In this document: positions 49,443 to 62,400 of the stretch, one piece after another
How the letters are laid out: every line of letters begins with the position of its first letter
Position numbering within the stretch: position 1 is the stretch's first letter
Assembly (NCBI GenBank): GCA_004431415.1
Contig: QPMI01000571.1
Coordinates: forward strand, 1-64,000
DNA from: Cyanophora paradoxa CCMP329
Taxonomy: Eukaryota; Plantae; Glaucophyta
DNA length: 64,000 bases
Direction: 5' to 3'
Translations under genes and position numbers: made by a program
Notes under the pieces: model-generated
Seen by the model: only the letters and a program-made list of their open reading frames with translations
Told to the model about the DNA's origin: nothing
Database searches by the model: none

Positions 49443-49775
49443 GCTGTTAGCTCTGTCTTGTCGTCTTCGTCTAGATCTTCGTCTTCGACTGTAGTTCCTC
49501 GTGCTCGTTCTCCTTATTTGCTGCGTCCCCGTGCTCCTCGTCGTTCTAGTGTGACTAGTACTTCTGCATCGACGCCCTTGAGCTCTTCTACTCCTTCTCC
49601 TCGTGCTCGTTCTCCTTATCTTTTGCGTTCTTCTGATCGTGTCCCTTCTCGTGATCCCTCTTGATTCTGTATATATTTTGTGCTAGTTTACTGTATCTTT
49701 GATTTGTGATTGCTTTGTTGTCTTTAATATCACTACCTACGGGGGGTTCGCCCCACCGTAGTCTCTCAAAAAAAA
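49443..49775 (+). mobile_element. 5'-truncated non-LTR retroelement, family A, copy 3
   Basis: Essentially identical to 22081-22413, with stem-loop and A8. The probable TSD is AATT, and the empty-site copy CTTTCAATTTTGACGGCAG is at about 49928-49946. Confidence 0.88.
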
Positions 49776-50010
49776 TTTTGACGGCAGAAAACGCATGAAA
49801 TTAAATTGGGGACGCATTAACTGCAGCTGTGATTGATTGGCGGCAGAAAACGCATTAAATTGGGGACGCATTAACTGTGATTAACATAATTATATAATGC
49901 GTACATATGCATTAATATTCTTTTATTCTTTCAATTTTGACGGCAGAAAAGCTGAGAAAACGCATTAAATTGGGGACGCATTAACTGTGAATCAGAGTCT
50001 GTGATTAACA
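49776..50010. repeat. Three imperfect tandem copies of GGCAGAAAACGCATTAAATTGGGGACGCATTAACTG, with an inverted copy at about 49403-49431
   Basis: Copies at about 49783, 49842 and 49943-49987. Confidence 0.8.
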
Positions 50011-50011
50011 T

Positions 50012-50248
50012 CTTCGTGTCAGTTCCCCTCTGTCCCTAGATCTGCTCGATTTATCGTCTCTTCTCGCTATCGATCTGTTTCGAGCTCTGTGTCTTTCCTT
50101 TTTTATTGTCGATTTTGGCTCTTTGTCTTATCTTTCTTCGTGCTCTTGTCTTAGTTATTTTGCTTTTTTGTCTTTATGCCCCCTGGGCAGCCCCCGCAGT
50201 GCTGGTGTCTAGAGACTGTGGCCGGTAATTCACCAATTTAAAAAAAAA
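50012..50248 (+). mobile_element. Short 3' fragment of poly(A) retroelement family B
   Basis: T-rich UTR-like tract, a 3' terminus shared with 21671-22449 and an A-rich tail. It interrupts GTGATTAACAT^AATTATATA, whose empty copy is at 49877-49896. Confidence 0.65.
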
Positions 50249-50658
50249 CCATAATTATATACTATGATAATGCGTACATATGCATTAATATTCTTTTATT
50301 CTTTATGGATGTCATGGTCACTGGTCAGCAGCGGCAGGACTCTGCTGCAGAAGATCTAGAGATTCTAGACATGATCAGACGGAATGGGCCGTGGTGCCGC
50401 TGGTGCGGCCCCTGGCCCCTTGCCAGGCTGAGGACTCACCGAGTCACTGAATCACTGATCATGACTCATGATCATGAGCCAGGAGACCGGCCCGGTACCC
50501 GGTTTTACGCGGTATACACACGTGAGTCATGATCACGTGGCACTCAGGCTGCCCGCCGCGGCCGGGCCCGCGGCGCAGTGAGTGGCACTGGCACGGCGGC
50601 TCGAGCTAGGCTAGCTCGCCCCCCTGGCTCGAGCCAGTCCCCCTCCCCCAGCTGCAGC

Positions 50659-51166
50659 CAGTGCTGAGTAAAATTTACTCCCCAAAAATTGGCCTGAAAA
50701 CTTTCTGCAAGCTTTGGAAAATTATGTGCAAATATTTGCGCCATTGAAAACATTCCAAGCACCGCAAAAGCACTGTATCTCGTAGCAAATAAGCGTCTAA
50801 ACGAGAGATATGGGCTCTACAATGATACCTGTGCGTTTAGATTCAAAATACGCAAGCGTTATGTCTTGTTTTGGCCTTCTTTTCAGAGTCGCCGAGAGGG
50901 GGGTACCCATCTTAATGAAGCGACCTTCGCCCTCCTGACGCCCATGTAGCTCTTTCACCTCTAAAACTATGTCAGAACCGATGGGAATGCCGCGAGCAGC
51001 CGATAGACCTTGCTCGTAATTGGCGGTGGGGTGGGGTGCGGAGGGGGGGTCAAGTGCAAATTTACTGAAAGTTTTCTATGGTTGCCGGCGGGGATGAAAA
51101 TTAACTGAAAGTTTGCAAGAAAATTTTCAACTGAAAGTTTGCCCAGCGCAAAGATACGCAGCACTG
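50659..51166. mobile_element. Non-autonomous hAT element (MITE), 508 bp
   Basis: 12-bp TIRs CAGTGCTGAGTA / TACGCAGCACTG (1 mismatch), 8-bp TSD GCTGCAGC (50651-50658 and 51167-51174) and three subterminal ACTGAAAGTTT repeats. Confidence 0.88.
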
Positions 51167-52083
51167 GCTGCAGCTCGAGCCGCCGGCTCAAGCGAGCCGG
51201 CGCCGTCCCCTCGCCTCGAGCTAGCGCTCGAGCCCGGCCGCGGGCCAGCTCGAGCCGGAAAAACGGACGGAATCTTAGCTCAGTCCACTAATTTCGGGCT
51301 CCAGTACGGTATTTCGAATTCCCTGCCAGGCTGATGCTGAGCTGCCCCGTATGCATACAGGCTGATACAGCACCCCCAAAAATTACCGCTAGTTTCGGGC
51401 TCCACCAACTATCAGCTTCCAATATTTTCCTGTTCTACGGCAGTGTGACTCGGGACTCAGAGTCGGGAGTCGGGATCCGGCCCGCCGACTCGGCGAACAG
51501 CACTGGGTAGTCAGTGGGTACAGTAACCGGGAGCCTGCGGGAGGGCCGGCCCAGCCCGGGCCCCGGAGCCGGGACTCCCGGGAGTCCGGGACCCTGTGCC
51601 GCAATTGGAAACTCAATTTTGTGACTCGGCGTGAGTCGGTGTCCGAAGGTCACGACTCGGTGAGCGCGCGACTAGTACTGCGGCCAGCGCCGGCCACTTT
51701 CAACTGGCATAGTCTGGCAAAGCTTGAACTCAGCGACTCGGAAGTTCAAGCGTATACGTATACCGGTAATATCTACACGGTCTCCGGGTAATTTATAAGC
51801 TGCGCGCGTAATCAGTCGCACGAAGGAGAGAGTCTGGCTAGGCTAACTAGTAATTATAAAGAATCGCTTCAATCTGCACCGCGGCCGGCCAACGTTAACT
51901 AGCTATATAGATCTGTGCAAGGCATTGCAGCTGCAAGCAGTGAACGTTGCAAGTAGACTGCAGGTGGCAAGCTTAAATTGTGGCAACCGTTGAACGCATG
52001 TGCAGCTCATGAATGCGCTGGTCAGGTTCAGCACGATAGCGCTGTATACGTACGTATACCTCGCCGAGTCGCAATAGATCAAG

Positions 52084-53046
52084 ATGGTGGCAAGCTTAAG
52101 CCGGGCGGCGAGTGTGCATATCCGGCAGCCAACCGGTCGCAAACGTCTGAGTGCGTCGCGCAATACACATATTGTCTATGTGTCGCAATACATATGCATG
52201 CGCATGGCCTGGTGCGCAGCGTGGGGCCGGGCGGCAAGCCTGACGCGCCCGCCTGCAGGAATAGACCGGTCTCGTCTTGGATGGACATATGCGGCTTCCA
52301 AAATTCCGATCATTGGCATCTTCTTCATCCCTTTCGTCCCCACTGGCACCCGCTTCCTCAGCCGGATTCCCGTCGTCAACATGTTTGCCGAAAACACGTT
52401 TTATCTCCCTACCGTCAAGGCTCTCAGCAAACTAGTTGAAGTTCTCGGGATTACGTCCGCCCTCATCATTGGTGGCGCCGTCGGCATGACAACATCTATC
52501 GATATTGATGAGCTTCGAGCGGCCGACGAGCGTCTTACCAGCCCTCCTTACTCGGCTTCGGGGGCGTGGATAGGGACATACGAAATCCACCCATCCACCT
52601 TCCTTTGCGACTGCCTGAACACCTCTTTCTTCTGCTCCCTCGCCGTTTTGATCTGCTCGAGTGTCATTCTTTTCTTTATAGCCAATGTCGCAGTCGAACA
52701 CGATGACGAGGAGGTGCCCCAGTCCTGGTTCACTCCGATGATCCCGGTCATCATCGCAAATGTCTTTCTGTTCATTTTGTCCATCATTTTTATCGCGCTG
52801 GCTTTTGGCACGCTTTTGATCATGAAGTTCCCCGATTATGATGTAGAAAGTATCGGATATGTTCGCCCCAGGTTTTCTTCAGTCAAGGGCTACAATGCTC
52901 TCATTGCACGTAATGTATTTCCCGCTCTGTTGGCGTGCCTTTTGTGCATCGTTTCTCAAGCTGTCTTCTTGCACCGTCTTGAACTTTCGGAGGAGTATCT
53001 ACATGAACATAAGGTGCACCCCCAGGAACACGAGGCTTACAGTTAA
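52084..53046 (+). CDS. Uncharacterised membrane protein with about 4 TM helices, apparently intronless
   Basis: 320-aa ORF with hydrophobic segments LVEVLGITSALIIGGAVGM, FFCSLAVLICSSVILFFIA, MIPVIIANVFLFILSIIFIALAFGTLLIM and VFPALLACLLCIVSQAVFL. The true start may be downstream. Confidence 0.65.
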   Translation: MVASLSRAASVHIRQPTGRKRLSASRNTHIVYVSQYICMRMAWCAAWGRAASLTRPPAGIDRSRLGWTYAASKIPIIGIFFIPFVPTGTRFLSRIPVVNMFAENTFYLPTVKALSKLVEVLGITSALIIGGAVGMTTSIDIDELRAADERLTSPPYSASGAWIGTYEIHPSTFLCDCLNTSFFCSLAVLICSSVILFFIANVAVEHDDEEVPQSWFTPMIPVIIANVFLFILSIIFIALAFGTLLIMKFPDYDVESIGYVRPRFSSVKGYNALIARNVFPALLACLLCIVSQAVFLHRLELSEEYLHEHKVHPQEHEAYS

Positions 53047-53364
53047 TATTGAAACAAGCATGCCTAGGGGGGCTAGCCCCCCCGGCCCGCACCCCCCATT
53101 TATGAGTGAAAGCAATGAGTAAAGCTGTCATCATATGTAATGAGGGATCAGCATATTTAGTTCATGATGAAAAAGTTCGATGCGAATGTGCTCTGATCGA
53201 AAACCGCCGGGGTGCATGTAATCCTGCACTAGAGCTAGTTGCTGAGGCTGCATGGTCACCGAGGCCATGAAGACTGCAGTCCGATCGCAAATTAAGTTCG
53301 TTAACGACCTTTCTTCACGAATCGAGACAGGGCTCGATCGCGAGTCGCCTTTCCAAGCTTAAGC

Positions 53365-53447
53365 CTAGGCCGGCAGGGCCGGCAGGACGGGCCCCGGCGC
53401 TTCCGCGCCCTCCGCCACCACCCCCGCCGCCGCACCCACCGCCGCAT

Positions 53448-53478
<31 letters not shown>

Positions 53479-56400
53479 CGTGCCCTGCGCCTCCTCCACA
53501 AAGCGGGCGCCCTTCTCCAAGAGGACAGCGCCCAGCTCGCGCGAGCCGCTCGTCCTCGCGTCCACCTGCCGCGCTCCGGTGTTACTCTTTTGCAGCAGAC
53601 GAGCTGGAGGAAGGGAGAGAGGGCGGGGGGGTGAGGGGGAAGGGGCGCACGAGGCAGCCGTCAAAGAGCTCGTGCTTCACCTCCGCGATGCGCCGCGCCG
53701 GGTACAGAACCTGCCGAGGCGAATCACATATCAAGACGGCGGGGGCGGTGGTAGGGGGCCGCACCGGCAGCGGCCCGAGGGGGTTGCTCCGCAGGGCGGC
53801 CAGCTCCACGTCCCACACGCAGACGTACCCCTCCCCGGCCGCGGCGACGCGCATCCGCTCCCCCTGAATGCGCACAAGGATCAAGCTTAAACTTAGAACC
53901 AACTGCATCGGCGTCGGCGCACCCCCGGGGCGAGGCGGGCGCAGGCTGCCCGCGGCACGCCCGCGCGCTGCCCGACGAGGAGGGCGGCCTCGCAGCCGCT
54001 CTCGAGGTCTAAGATCACGAGCGCCACCCGCACGAGCTCCTCGGCCCACATCGTCTCGAGCGGGCGAGAGCGCCGGAGCAGCACATAGCGCGCGCTGCGC
54101 TTCCCCCCCTGAGGCGTGGAATCTCATGATCAGCGACTTGCACAGAATTTTGACGCGGATCGCTAGAATGAAACAACGTCACCGAACCTGATCAAGCACG
54201 AAGTCTACGGTAGGCTGATACCGAGGAACGAGCATTCCCGACCATGAGATCTTCGATGGATCGACGTTGACGAGTTCGCGCTGGCCATTGACAAAGTCCA
54301 TCCAACTCTCGGACGTCGACAAGAACCCCGGCCACGCAAAGCTGTGCAATCCCTTCTTCGAAGCCGCGTCGAGAAGCAACAGCTTTCCCTCGTGATCAAT
54401 GTGACAAAGCAGCAATTTGCAAGGTCTCTCCCTTCTTTGCGCACAAGCAAGGGCATCTAATCAGTTAAACGAATTCGATTCACGTAACGGAACGCCATCG
54501 CGTACCTCGTTGGAGAGTGATCCGAGGGCCCTGCAACTCGAGGCGCCGCGCCACGCGAGCCGCGGGGTCGCCTCCAGGCTGCAGACAGCGAAGTCCAAGT
54601 GGTGGTGTGCTGTGGTGGACTCGTACTCTACGCCTTCGTCTTCCCTCATAGAACGTAATTCGCACGTGCACAACACGTTGACGGCAATTCGTGACTCGTC
54701 CTGATCACGATAATCGTCACACGCGGCAATGCAACAGAGACCTAAAACGGACGCGCACGCATGCGCACCAAGAATACTGCTTTCACGAACTGGATATCGA
54801 AAGAAAAACCAGTATACATACTGCCGTCGCCTATAAATTTGGCGATGTGCAGCTTCTCGAGATGGTCTCTCAAGGGTTTGCGGTCGACAAGGCGCCCGAG
54901 AGATACCCCGCTCCGCAGATCCCAGACTTCGGGACCGTCCGATCCGAGAAAGACCGCCCTTCCGCCGTCCTGCCGGACGTTCAGTCAGATCGTAATTTCC
55001 CGTCTGGCGGAACTATCGATTTCACAGACACTCACCGCTGAAACTGCCACAGGCGCGCCATGATCGATAGCACACTCCAGCAGCACCGAATCCGACTCGA
55101 TTTCAGCGCACCACTCGACTTCTGTGGTTTCTTGCTCAAGCCTCGTCATCGCGATCCTGCAGCCTTTTGCATCGCGGTCCACGGTGAGCGCCCTGCGTCC
55201 CTGGGGAAAAAGATGTAAGCGATCTGTGATTGGTTCCGTAAATGCACTAGCGCTTCGATTCGGAGCTATATATCTGTAGCTATCTGTGATTGGTTCTGTA
55301 ATTCGGTTCGCACTCCGCCATCAACTGCACAGATGAAGGTCGATTCGACATCGTCAATGCTCCGTCCGGAAGTGAGGTCCTAAAGACGCGCCACCTTGTC
55401 CGAGCCAAGCCGCAGCTGCTCGCGATCCTGCACCAGGATCAAATGGCGAGCCGCTTAGAGCCTGAGCTGCAGAAAAGGAGGGCGAACCGGTGAGAGGCAA
55501 AGGAAGCGGATGGCATTGCCGCGAGACACGCGCTCGAGGGGGCGCAGCTGCTTCCGGGTTAGCGGCCAGATGCGGAGCTCCTGCTCGCTGGCCGACACGA
55601 TGGAGTTGCATTCCTAAGTCGGTGGCATCGATATTATTTCGGATCAGAAGGAAAATGTGAGAGCCCGTGGGGATGCGGACCGGCAGGAAAGCCACGGCCC
55701 GGATTCCATTTCGGTGGCCCGAGAAGCGATACAGCTCAACTCCTGTGCCCAGATCCAGTAAACTGATTGTCCTGTCAGTGTTAGCGATAGCCGCTTGAAC
55801 ACCGTCCTGCGCTCGAAAAGTCAGAAGGCAAGCGAGTCTTGCACCTGAATGAGCACACGCGCACCGGCGATATAGCGGATAGCTGCCCGTCTTTCAAACG
55901 GGATCGCCAGAGCGCGTCTGGCGATGCGATGAGGCAGACGCTGCTCCAAGGGTCGACTCTCCACAAAGTCGAAAACACGGAGCGCCGATTATCTGCTTTC
56001 TCCGAGTGGACTGTCAAGATGCAGCGGCCGTCCTGTTAAGAGACAAAGCGCAGAAAAAGATCGTGGTGATTAAATTTACATGTAAACACGCTCGCAACAA
56101 TCAGCAGACCCCGCTCAGCTGCACAGAGTTTGGGTTGACGTCGGGGAGCGTGTGTTGCCCGAGAAGCTTCATCGATATCTGCATTTTTTCATTTTCTATG
56201 CTGAAATCGTAGACGCGGACATGTGCGTTGGCATCGCTTGGGTTTCGCAGTTGTTCAATGTTAAGAGCCAAAAATCGCTGACAGTCCTGCCAAATGATCA
56301 AAAGATGCATAGGTTAAATACGACATCGATTACAAGTTAAAAAGCAAGATGAAACGCACCTTCGAGAAGACTGCCGAAGTGGGTTCATCGAATTGCAGTC

Positions 56401-59400
56401 GATGGAGCAAGGCCCCCTGCTCCAGGTCCCACAGCGCTAGGACGGCGCCGAACGTGGTCAATGCCCGGGACCCATGCATATGGCCATCCTGCGGTTGTTT
56501 CAGAGCGCCGCGTTTAGAGAGAGGCCAGAGCGGCTAGCTCGCACCGGCGCGAACTTCACGCTTTGCAGCGTAAATCTGTGCGGGACAAAGGCCCTGTCAT
56601 CGTAGTCGTCGTACAGGTCTTCGTCCGTCAGGCCCAGAAGAGTTCGGTAGTCGATGTTGGTCAGCTTTTTCGCATTCATGTCGTAGACTCGCAACATATC
56701 GTCCGCCCACATTACGCGGGAGCCGTCCTGGGCGCGATTTCGGGTCTCAAGATCTAGAGATTGCGCGGCAGCTTGGGCGATCAGAATCAACAGCGCCTAA
56801 TTATAAGCACCTGCGACACGTCGAGAGGAATATGCCGGTATTGCTCCCCGACCGGTCCGAAACAGCACCGTTTGATCATTGTCTTCGATTGCACGTCCCA
56901 AACGGCGAACTCTAATTTTTCGCCGCCGTTCGCAATGAACTTGCTTCCCTCGGTCAGAACTCTCCGCCCGTTCTGTGCAGCTTCCACGATCAGTTACGCT
57001 AATTGTAAGAATGGATCGAATACTATGTAAGATTAATGCAGAGGAGCGAAAGCGCACGAGCAGAGGAACCACGCGTCTGATCTTGTACTCGCAACCGCAT
57101 AGGGCGGGTTCGGCAACGACGGCGCAGCCGTCGAGCCTTGCGCCGCGCAGGTCGGCCCCCGCGAGGTTCGCCTCCTGCAGGCCGCAGCCCGTGAGGTCCG
57201 CGTCCCGCAGGTCCGCCCCCGCCGCCTCCAGGCGCTGCAGGTCCGCCCCGGGCACCCGCACGCCCCGCAGGCATCTGCCCGCGAAGCTGAATCCCGCTGC
57301 GCGAAGCGGACCACCCGTCAGGATTGATGAGAGGACACCAGCACGCGACACGAGCTCGAGGCCCCGCACCGCAGTTCAGGATCGTCATCGCGTTCGCCGA
57401 AGCGATGAGGTCCTCTTTCGTTGCATGCGGCTCGCGGCTCCGCTCCATGAGTCCTAGCAGCTTCTGCGCGCGCTTGGTCAGTACAGAACACGATATAGGT
57501 TTCGAAATCAGGCGGACATCACAGTACGGCTGGTCGCCGCGGCAGCAGTCGGCGAGGAACTCGAGGATCTTCGGCTCGTTGGTAAGGAGGCTGCACGGCG
57601 CTTCGATTCAGAGGATTTCGAGGATTAGTGCACAATTTTCGATCGCGGACGCACAATCTGCGGATCAGGCCTTTGCCTTCAGTGGACCACATGCTAGGAA
57701 GGCGCCCTCGACGGACGCCGTTGCCGCTCTTCTCAAGCTCTTGCCGCGCGATGGCCTGCAATACACATGTCGGAATGATGCGCGCGTCTGGGATGCGCAC
57801 ATGCATCCAATGGCTTCGAACATGCAGCGCACCTCCTCATACATCTCTTCGGCGACGAAGAACTCGAGCAGCGTCTGCAAGCGGCGTCGTGGGCAATCGC
57901 GAGCGGAACCCATGCAGCCGTAAGGTGCGGACCTTGTGAAGGAAGCGGACGTGAACTTCGGAAGAACCGTCAGGGGACTCCGTGGCGGCTCCGGATCCGG
58001 AGATGGAGAGCGGGCAGTGCTCGCGGATGAGAGCCAACTTCGCACTCTCTTGATTTTGCATGAGATCGATGCACGCTGCGAGCGGGCCGCCGGCAGTTGC
58101 AGCTGCCGCGTCTGCGTTGCGATCGCTGCTGGCCTCTTGATCCGCCGCTGCTGGAGACCTCCGCGTCCAGTTGGCGAAGTCCAGCTCCGGCGAGGAGTAT
58201 CGAAACTCGGACACATTCGCCTGCAGTCGCTCAGATTGTGTCTGTTTACGGCAAGCGCGCATTAAAATATTCCCACCTCGAACATGGCCGATGCGAGATC
58301 TTTGCAGAAGTTACGGCCGCACTTCTCAAAATCTTTTCCTCTCCAGCTCCGAACGACGCCGTGCGCGTGCCCTTCGGGATTATCCCTTACGCGATTCCAT
58401 TCCCGCTCGAACCAATGCTGAAAGAGCGATAAATAAGATAAGCTACACTGTCCAGCGGCCACGAAAGCGCGTTCACCTCGACGAACGCATTGTAGAGTTC
58501 GCGAATCGTGAGCAACGACCCAGCTGGACCATCCTTGGCACTCTTCCTGCTCGGGTCTCACTCTTTATTTCGAACAATTTGCACCAAGGCGGAAAAGAGT
58601 ACGAACCGCGCAGAAACGATTTTCGGCAGCGTGCGGGCCACCATACTGTGAATTGCGCAATTTCGCAAGTGTTAGATGGCATCCAAACGAGAACGCAAGG
58701 ATTTGAAGGAGCATGCTTCAGTGTGAACGGGTTCTCGATCAGAGAGAGCGTGCCCGGGACGCGCTTGATGTGCGAAAGGTACTCTTCTGCCGTCCAGTTG
58801 CACTCGCAATCCCGGGTCTCCGCTGGCAGCTTCGCGAACTGCTTGAAGTATTCCTCTACCTGTGGCACGGACGGACCGCGCTGTTAGCGGTGCAGAAAAC
58901 GTGACTCGAGGCCGGCGACGAGGCACCTGCTGTGCATCGAAGGGGTGCGTGCAGAGCTGGTCGAGCGCTGCCTGCGACGGGGCGAAGAGCTCCTTGTAGT
59001 CGTCCCGGACCGCCAGCAGCGAGCTGCGGCAGGTGACGACGACCGCCGAAGCCCAGTTCGCGAGGTCGTTCTCCGGCCACAGGCGCGGCGGCGGCCCGTC
59101 GCGGCAGTCCAGCTCATCGTACGCATCCAGCAGCAGCACCAGCCCGCGGCTGGCGCGAGAAGTGAGGCGGACGTGCACGTGACCGATAGGAGGCGGCGAA
59201 ATGCACGGTACGCACGTCGATTTGATGTTCTCAAGCTCCTCTTTGGGGACTCCCATCGCTTTTGCCGCCTTCGCACGCAATTTAGTGGCCACTTTGGCCC
59301 GCCCGAGCCGCGGGAGCCGCAGAAGGCACGTCACGGGCAGCCGCGCATCGCCACGCGGCGGCCGCCCGTGCGTGCGCCGCCACTGCTCGCAAGCACGGCG

Positions 59401-62400
59401 GTGGAGGAACGCGAGGAAGGTCGACTTGCTGGAGCCGGGCTCGCCCGCAATGAGCAGCGCTCGCGGGCCGCCCGCCACGGCGCCCGGCAGGGCGCGAGCG
59501 AGGACGTCCGCCGCGTGAGTGTGGAGGTCGACGATTTTGGTGCGCGCGAGGTCCGTCGTGGCCTTTGGCGGCACGTACAATGCCACGGCCTCGCGCAGGT
59601 CCTTCTTGTTCAGCTCCCGCCCCGCGTACTGCACGCTTGTAAGCAAAGAAATAGCGTTCACGCTAGGCGGGTGGGCGCACATTGTACAAGTCCTTCCGGC
59701 GTTTGGCCTCGTCAGGGTCGCCTTCAAGGCTCCGCTTGAGCGCGATGCCGAGCAGTAGCGACGGGCCCGCGGCGCCGACCGCCGGTTCGACGAGCCTTGC
59801 GCAAGGCGAGCGGGGCAGCGTCTGCTTCGGCCTGAAGCCGCCGGCCGCGAGGTCCTGCTGGCGAATCAGCCACGAAGTGCACCGGGAGCGCGTGCACAGG
59901 CAGACGCACGGCCAGCGACACCCGAAGGAGCGATGCGGCGGCCTCCGCGGAGTCACAGGACGCTCGGTCCTCTTTGCGTGCCAGCCGCCCCAGCTGCTCG
60001 GCCGCCGTCGCCGCCGCAGCCCCGCCGCACTCGGACGCTGCAATGCTCAATAACGCCCGCGCGGCGACCGTGGCCGAGTTGACCGCCGCCTCCCGCGCCG
60101 CCTTCTTCGCCCCCGGCGCTGGCGCGTTGGCCGCGGCAACTGCAGCCTCCGCCAGCGCGCCGGCGATGTCGACAGCCGCCAGCGCCGACGCATTGTCGCC
60201 TCCCGCGGCCTCTACCGCCTGCACAGAAGTCGAACCAGCACAGGCGGCAGACTTAGAGCAGGACGGAAGATGTCCGCACCAAGACGAGGGCAGCGGCGAG
60301 GGCGGCTGCAAGCTTCGGCTGAGCGGCGACCGCAGATAGCCTTGGCATGGTTTGTCCATTGGTGCTGGCTTGATCCATCGCATTCAGGACCATCCGCAGC
60401 TCCTCCATGTGGCCTCCTTCCGCCAGCGCCGTCAGCAGCCGCGCCGGACGGTACCTGCAAGAAGAATAAGAGGCAAAGGCGTCAGCACGACATGGCGGGA
60501 CCATTTTGGCACTGCAGCGCACCAGCACTTCTTGCCCTGCGGCCCATTGGAGCCGATGAGGCGGCCGAGGTCGCTCCACAGCTGCCGCGCTTCCGCCCCA
60601 ACGTTCTCTCCAGCCAGTGCGTCCTATGGCGCGGTCAGGCGTGAGAATACGAAAGAAAGTATAACGGCCCGCGCACCTTGACAAAGACGGCGAGTTCGAT
60701 GAGCGTCGAGACGCCGAAGGTGCTGACGCCCTCCCACACTTTCTGCCCCACGCGGACCAGCCCTGCCACGATCCGCCCTGCTTGCTGTCATCGTGTGGCG
60801 CGGCCGCGTGAAGCGCATGCAAAGAGCGCACCGGCGGCTTTGACGCGAACAAGCGCGTCTTGCAGGGGGTCGTAGTTCGAGAGCGCGGCTGCCAGCGCCT
60901 GCCGCGCGACGCTCGCCACCGCCTCGGCCCGCCACCAGCCGCACTTCTCGAGCTTGCGGAGCAGCACGTCGAGCTCTTGAACCTCCCCCTCGTAGTCCAG
61001 CCTGCCCCTCTCTTGAGGATGCTCCCCGTCGTCCTCGTCTGCCGCCAGCTGCACATCAGACAGGCACTGCCGGTGAGGACCGCACGGCGCACCAGTTGCG
61101 GCGAACTCGGCGCCGTCGCTCGTCGAGTCGAACGCAGCAAGCACCGCCGGCACGAGCCGCAGCGCCACGAGCGCGTTGGCGTCTGCCGGCGTCAGTTTCG
61201 TGCCATATTTTTTCACCTGCGCAGAGTGCTCAGCGGCGGAGGGCAATCGGCGAGATATGCAACCCGCCTGCTCAATGCAGAACGTGACGAGATCCGACCG
61301 GTGCTTAGAGTTGAGCGTCCCGCGCGGCAACCGCCCGAGCACGGCGACCAGCGCCCCGATGCGCTGCGTTGGAATTCTCTCCAGCACCGTCTCGTCCTTC
61401 AGGAGCAGTAGAACCTCAAGCAGCTGCGCGCGCCGCAATCAAGCGCGGCCTCTGCCGCTCCGAGCGGGCCCGACGCACGCGGAAGCAGAGCTCAGGATCG
61501 CCCGACCGCACGACGGTGCACGCTTCTGCGATCGCTTCGGGGCGATGCCGCTCGGGCTCTGCGAACGCATCCAGCGCTGCGCACGCGGACGCGCTTAGCC
61601 TCACAGATCCGCCACGCAGGCACTCGGAAGCGCACCACAGAAGCAGGCCTCCTTCACCTCCGCGAGGGCTGCTTCTAAATCACCGTTCAAGACTTCTGCC
61701 ACGAAGGGCACCCGCCGCGCCCGCTCTAACGCCTCCGTCGGAGCGCCCGGCCGCGTCGCCTCCCGCAGCAGGCCGCACAGGCCCGCGAGCTGCCCGACCG
61801 ATGAGGCCCCCTCCAGCGCGTGCAGAGAGACGAGCTCGCCCAGGTCCGCCACGCAGCTCGGTGCGCGCGCCTTCGACGGAGTCGGAACGGCAACTGGCGA
61901 CGCATTTGCTGCTGCAGCTGCACCTGGAGCTGGAGCGCTAGCTGAAATTGGAGACTTTGAAGCATGCGCAGCTGCAGACGCATGGCCATGCATATGGGCA
62001 CGGGATGCCGCGGCCGCTGCGTCCTCGGGATTCGAGTTCGCTGCGTCCGCAGATACAGGAGCCTCCGGCTTGCTGCCCGATGCGGTTTGCTCGTCGGCCG
62101 CGAGGCTGATCGCTACGTCGGAAAGGTCGGCCCGCTGCGCGGCATCGCTGCCGGCGTTCCGCTGCTTCTCCGCGACAGCCGCGGGCTCCACACGTGCCCG
62201 CTCTGGCGAGCCCACGGACTTCCGCGCTGTCGTAGTGGTCGCCTCCTGCCCGCGGTCAACCCGAAGGAGGCCGATGTCCCGCCCGCTCTCCGCTGCAGGT
62301 CGCAATGAGCGCATCGCGGCGACGAGCGCCCGCGCATCGCACCCTTCGCAGAGGACTTGGGCGTCTGCCGCTGTACGTCCTCCGCCGCGCGTTTGCAGCA

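Noticed and set aside
50190-50240. Family B terminus as an HDV-like or hammerhead ribozyme, or an snRNA
   Set aside because: The catalytic core and snRNA consensus motifs could not be identified by eye.
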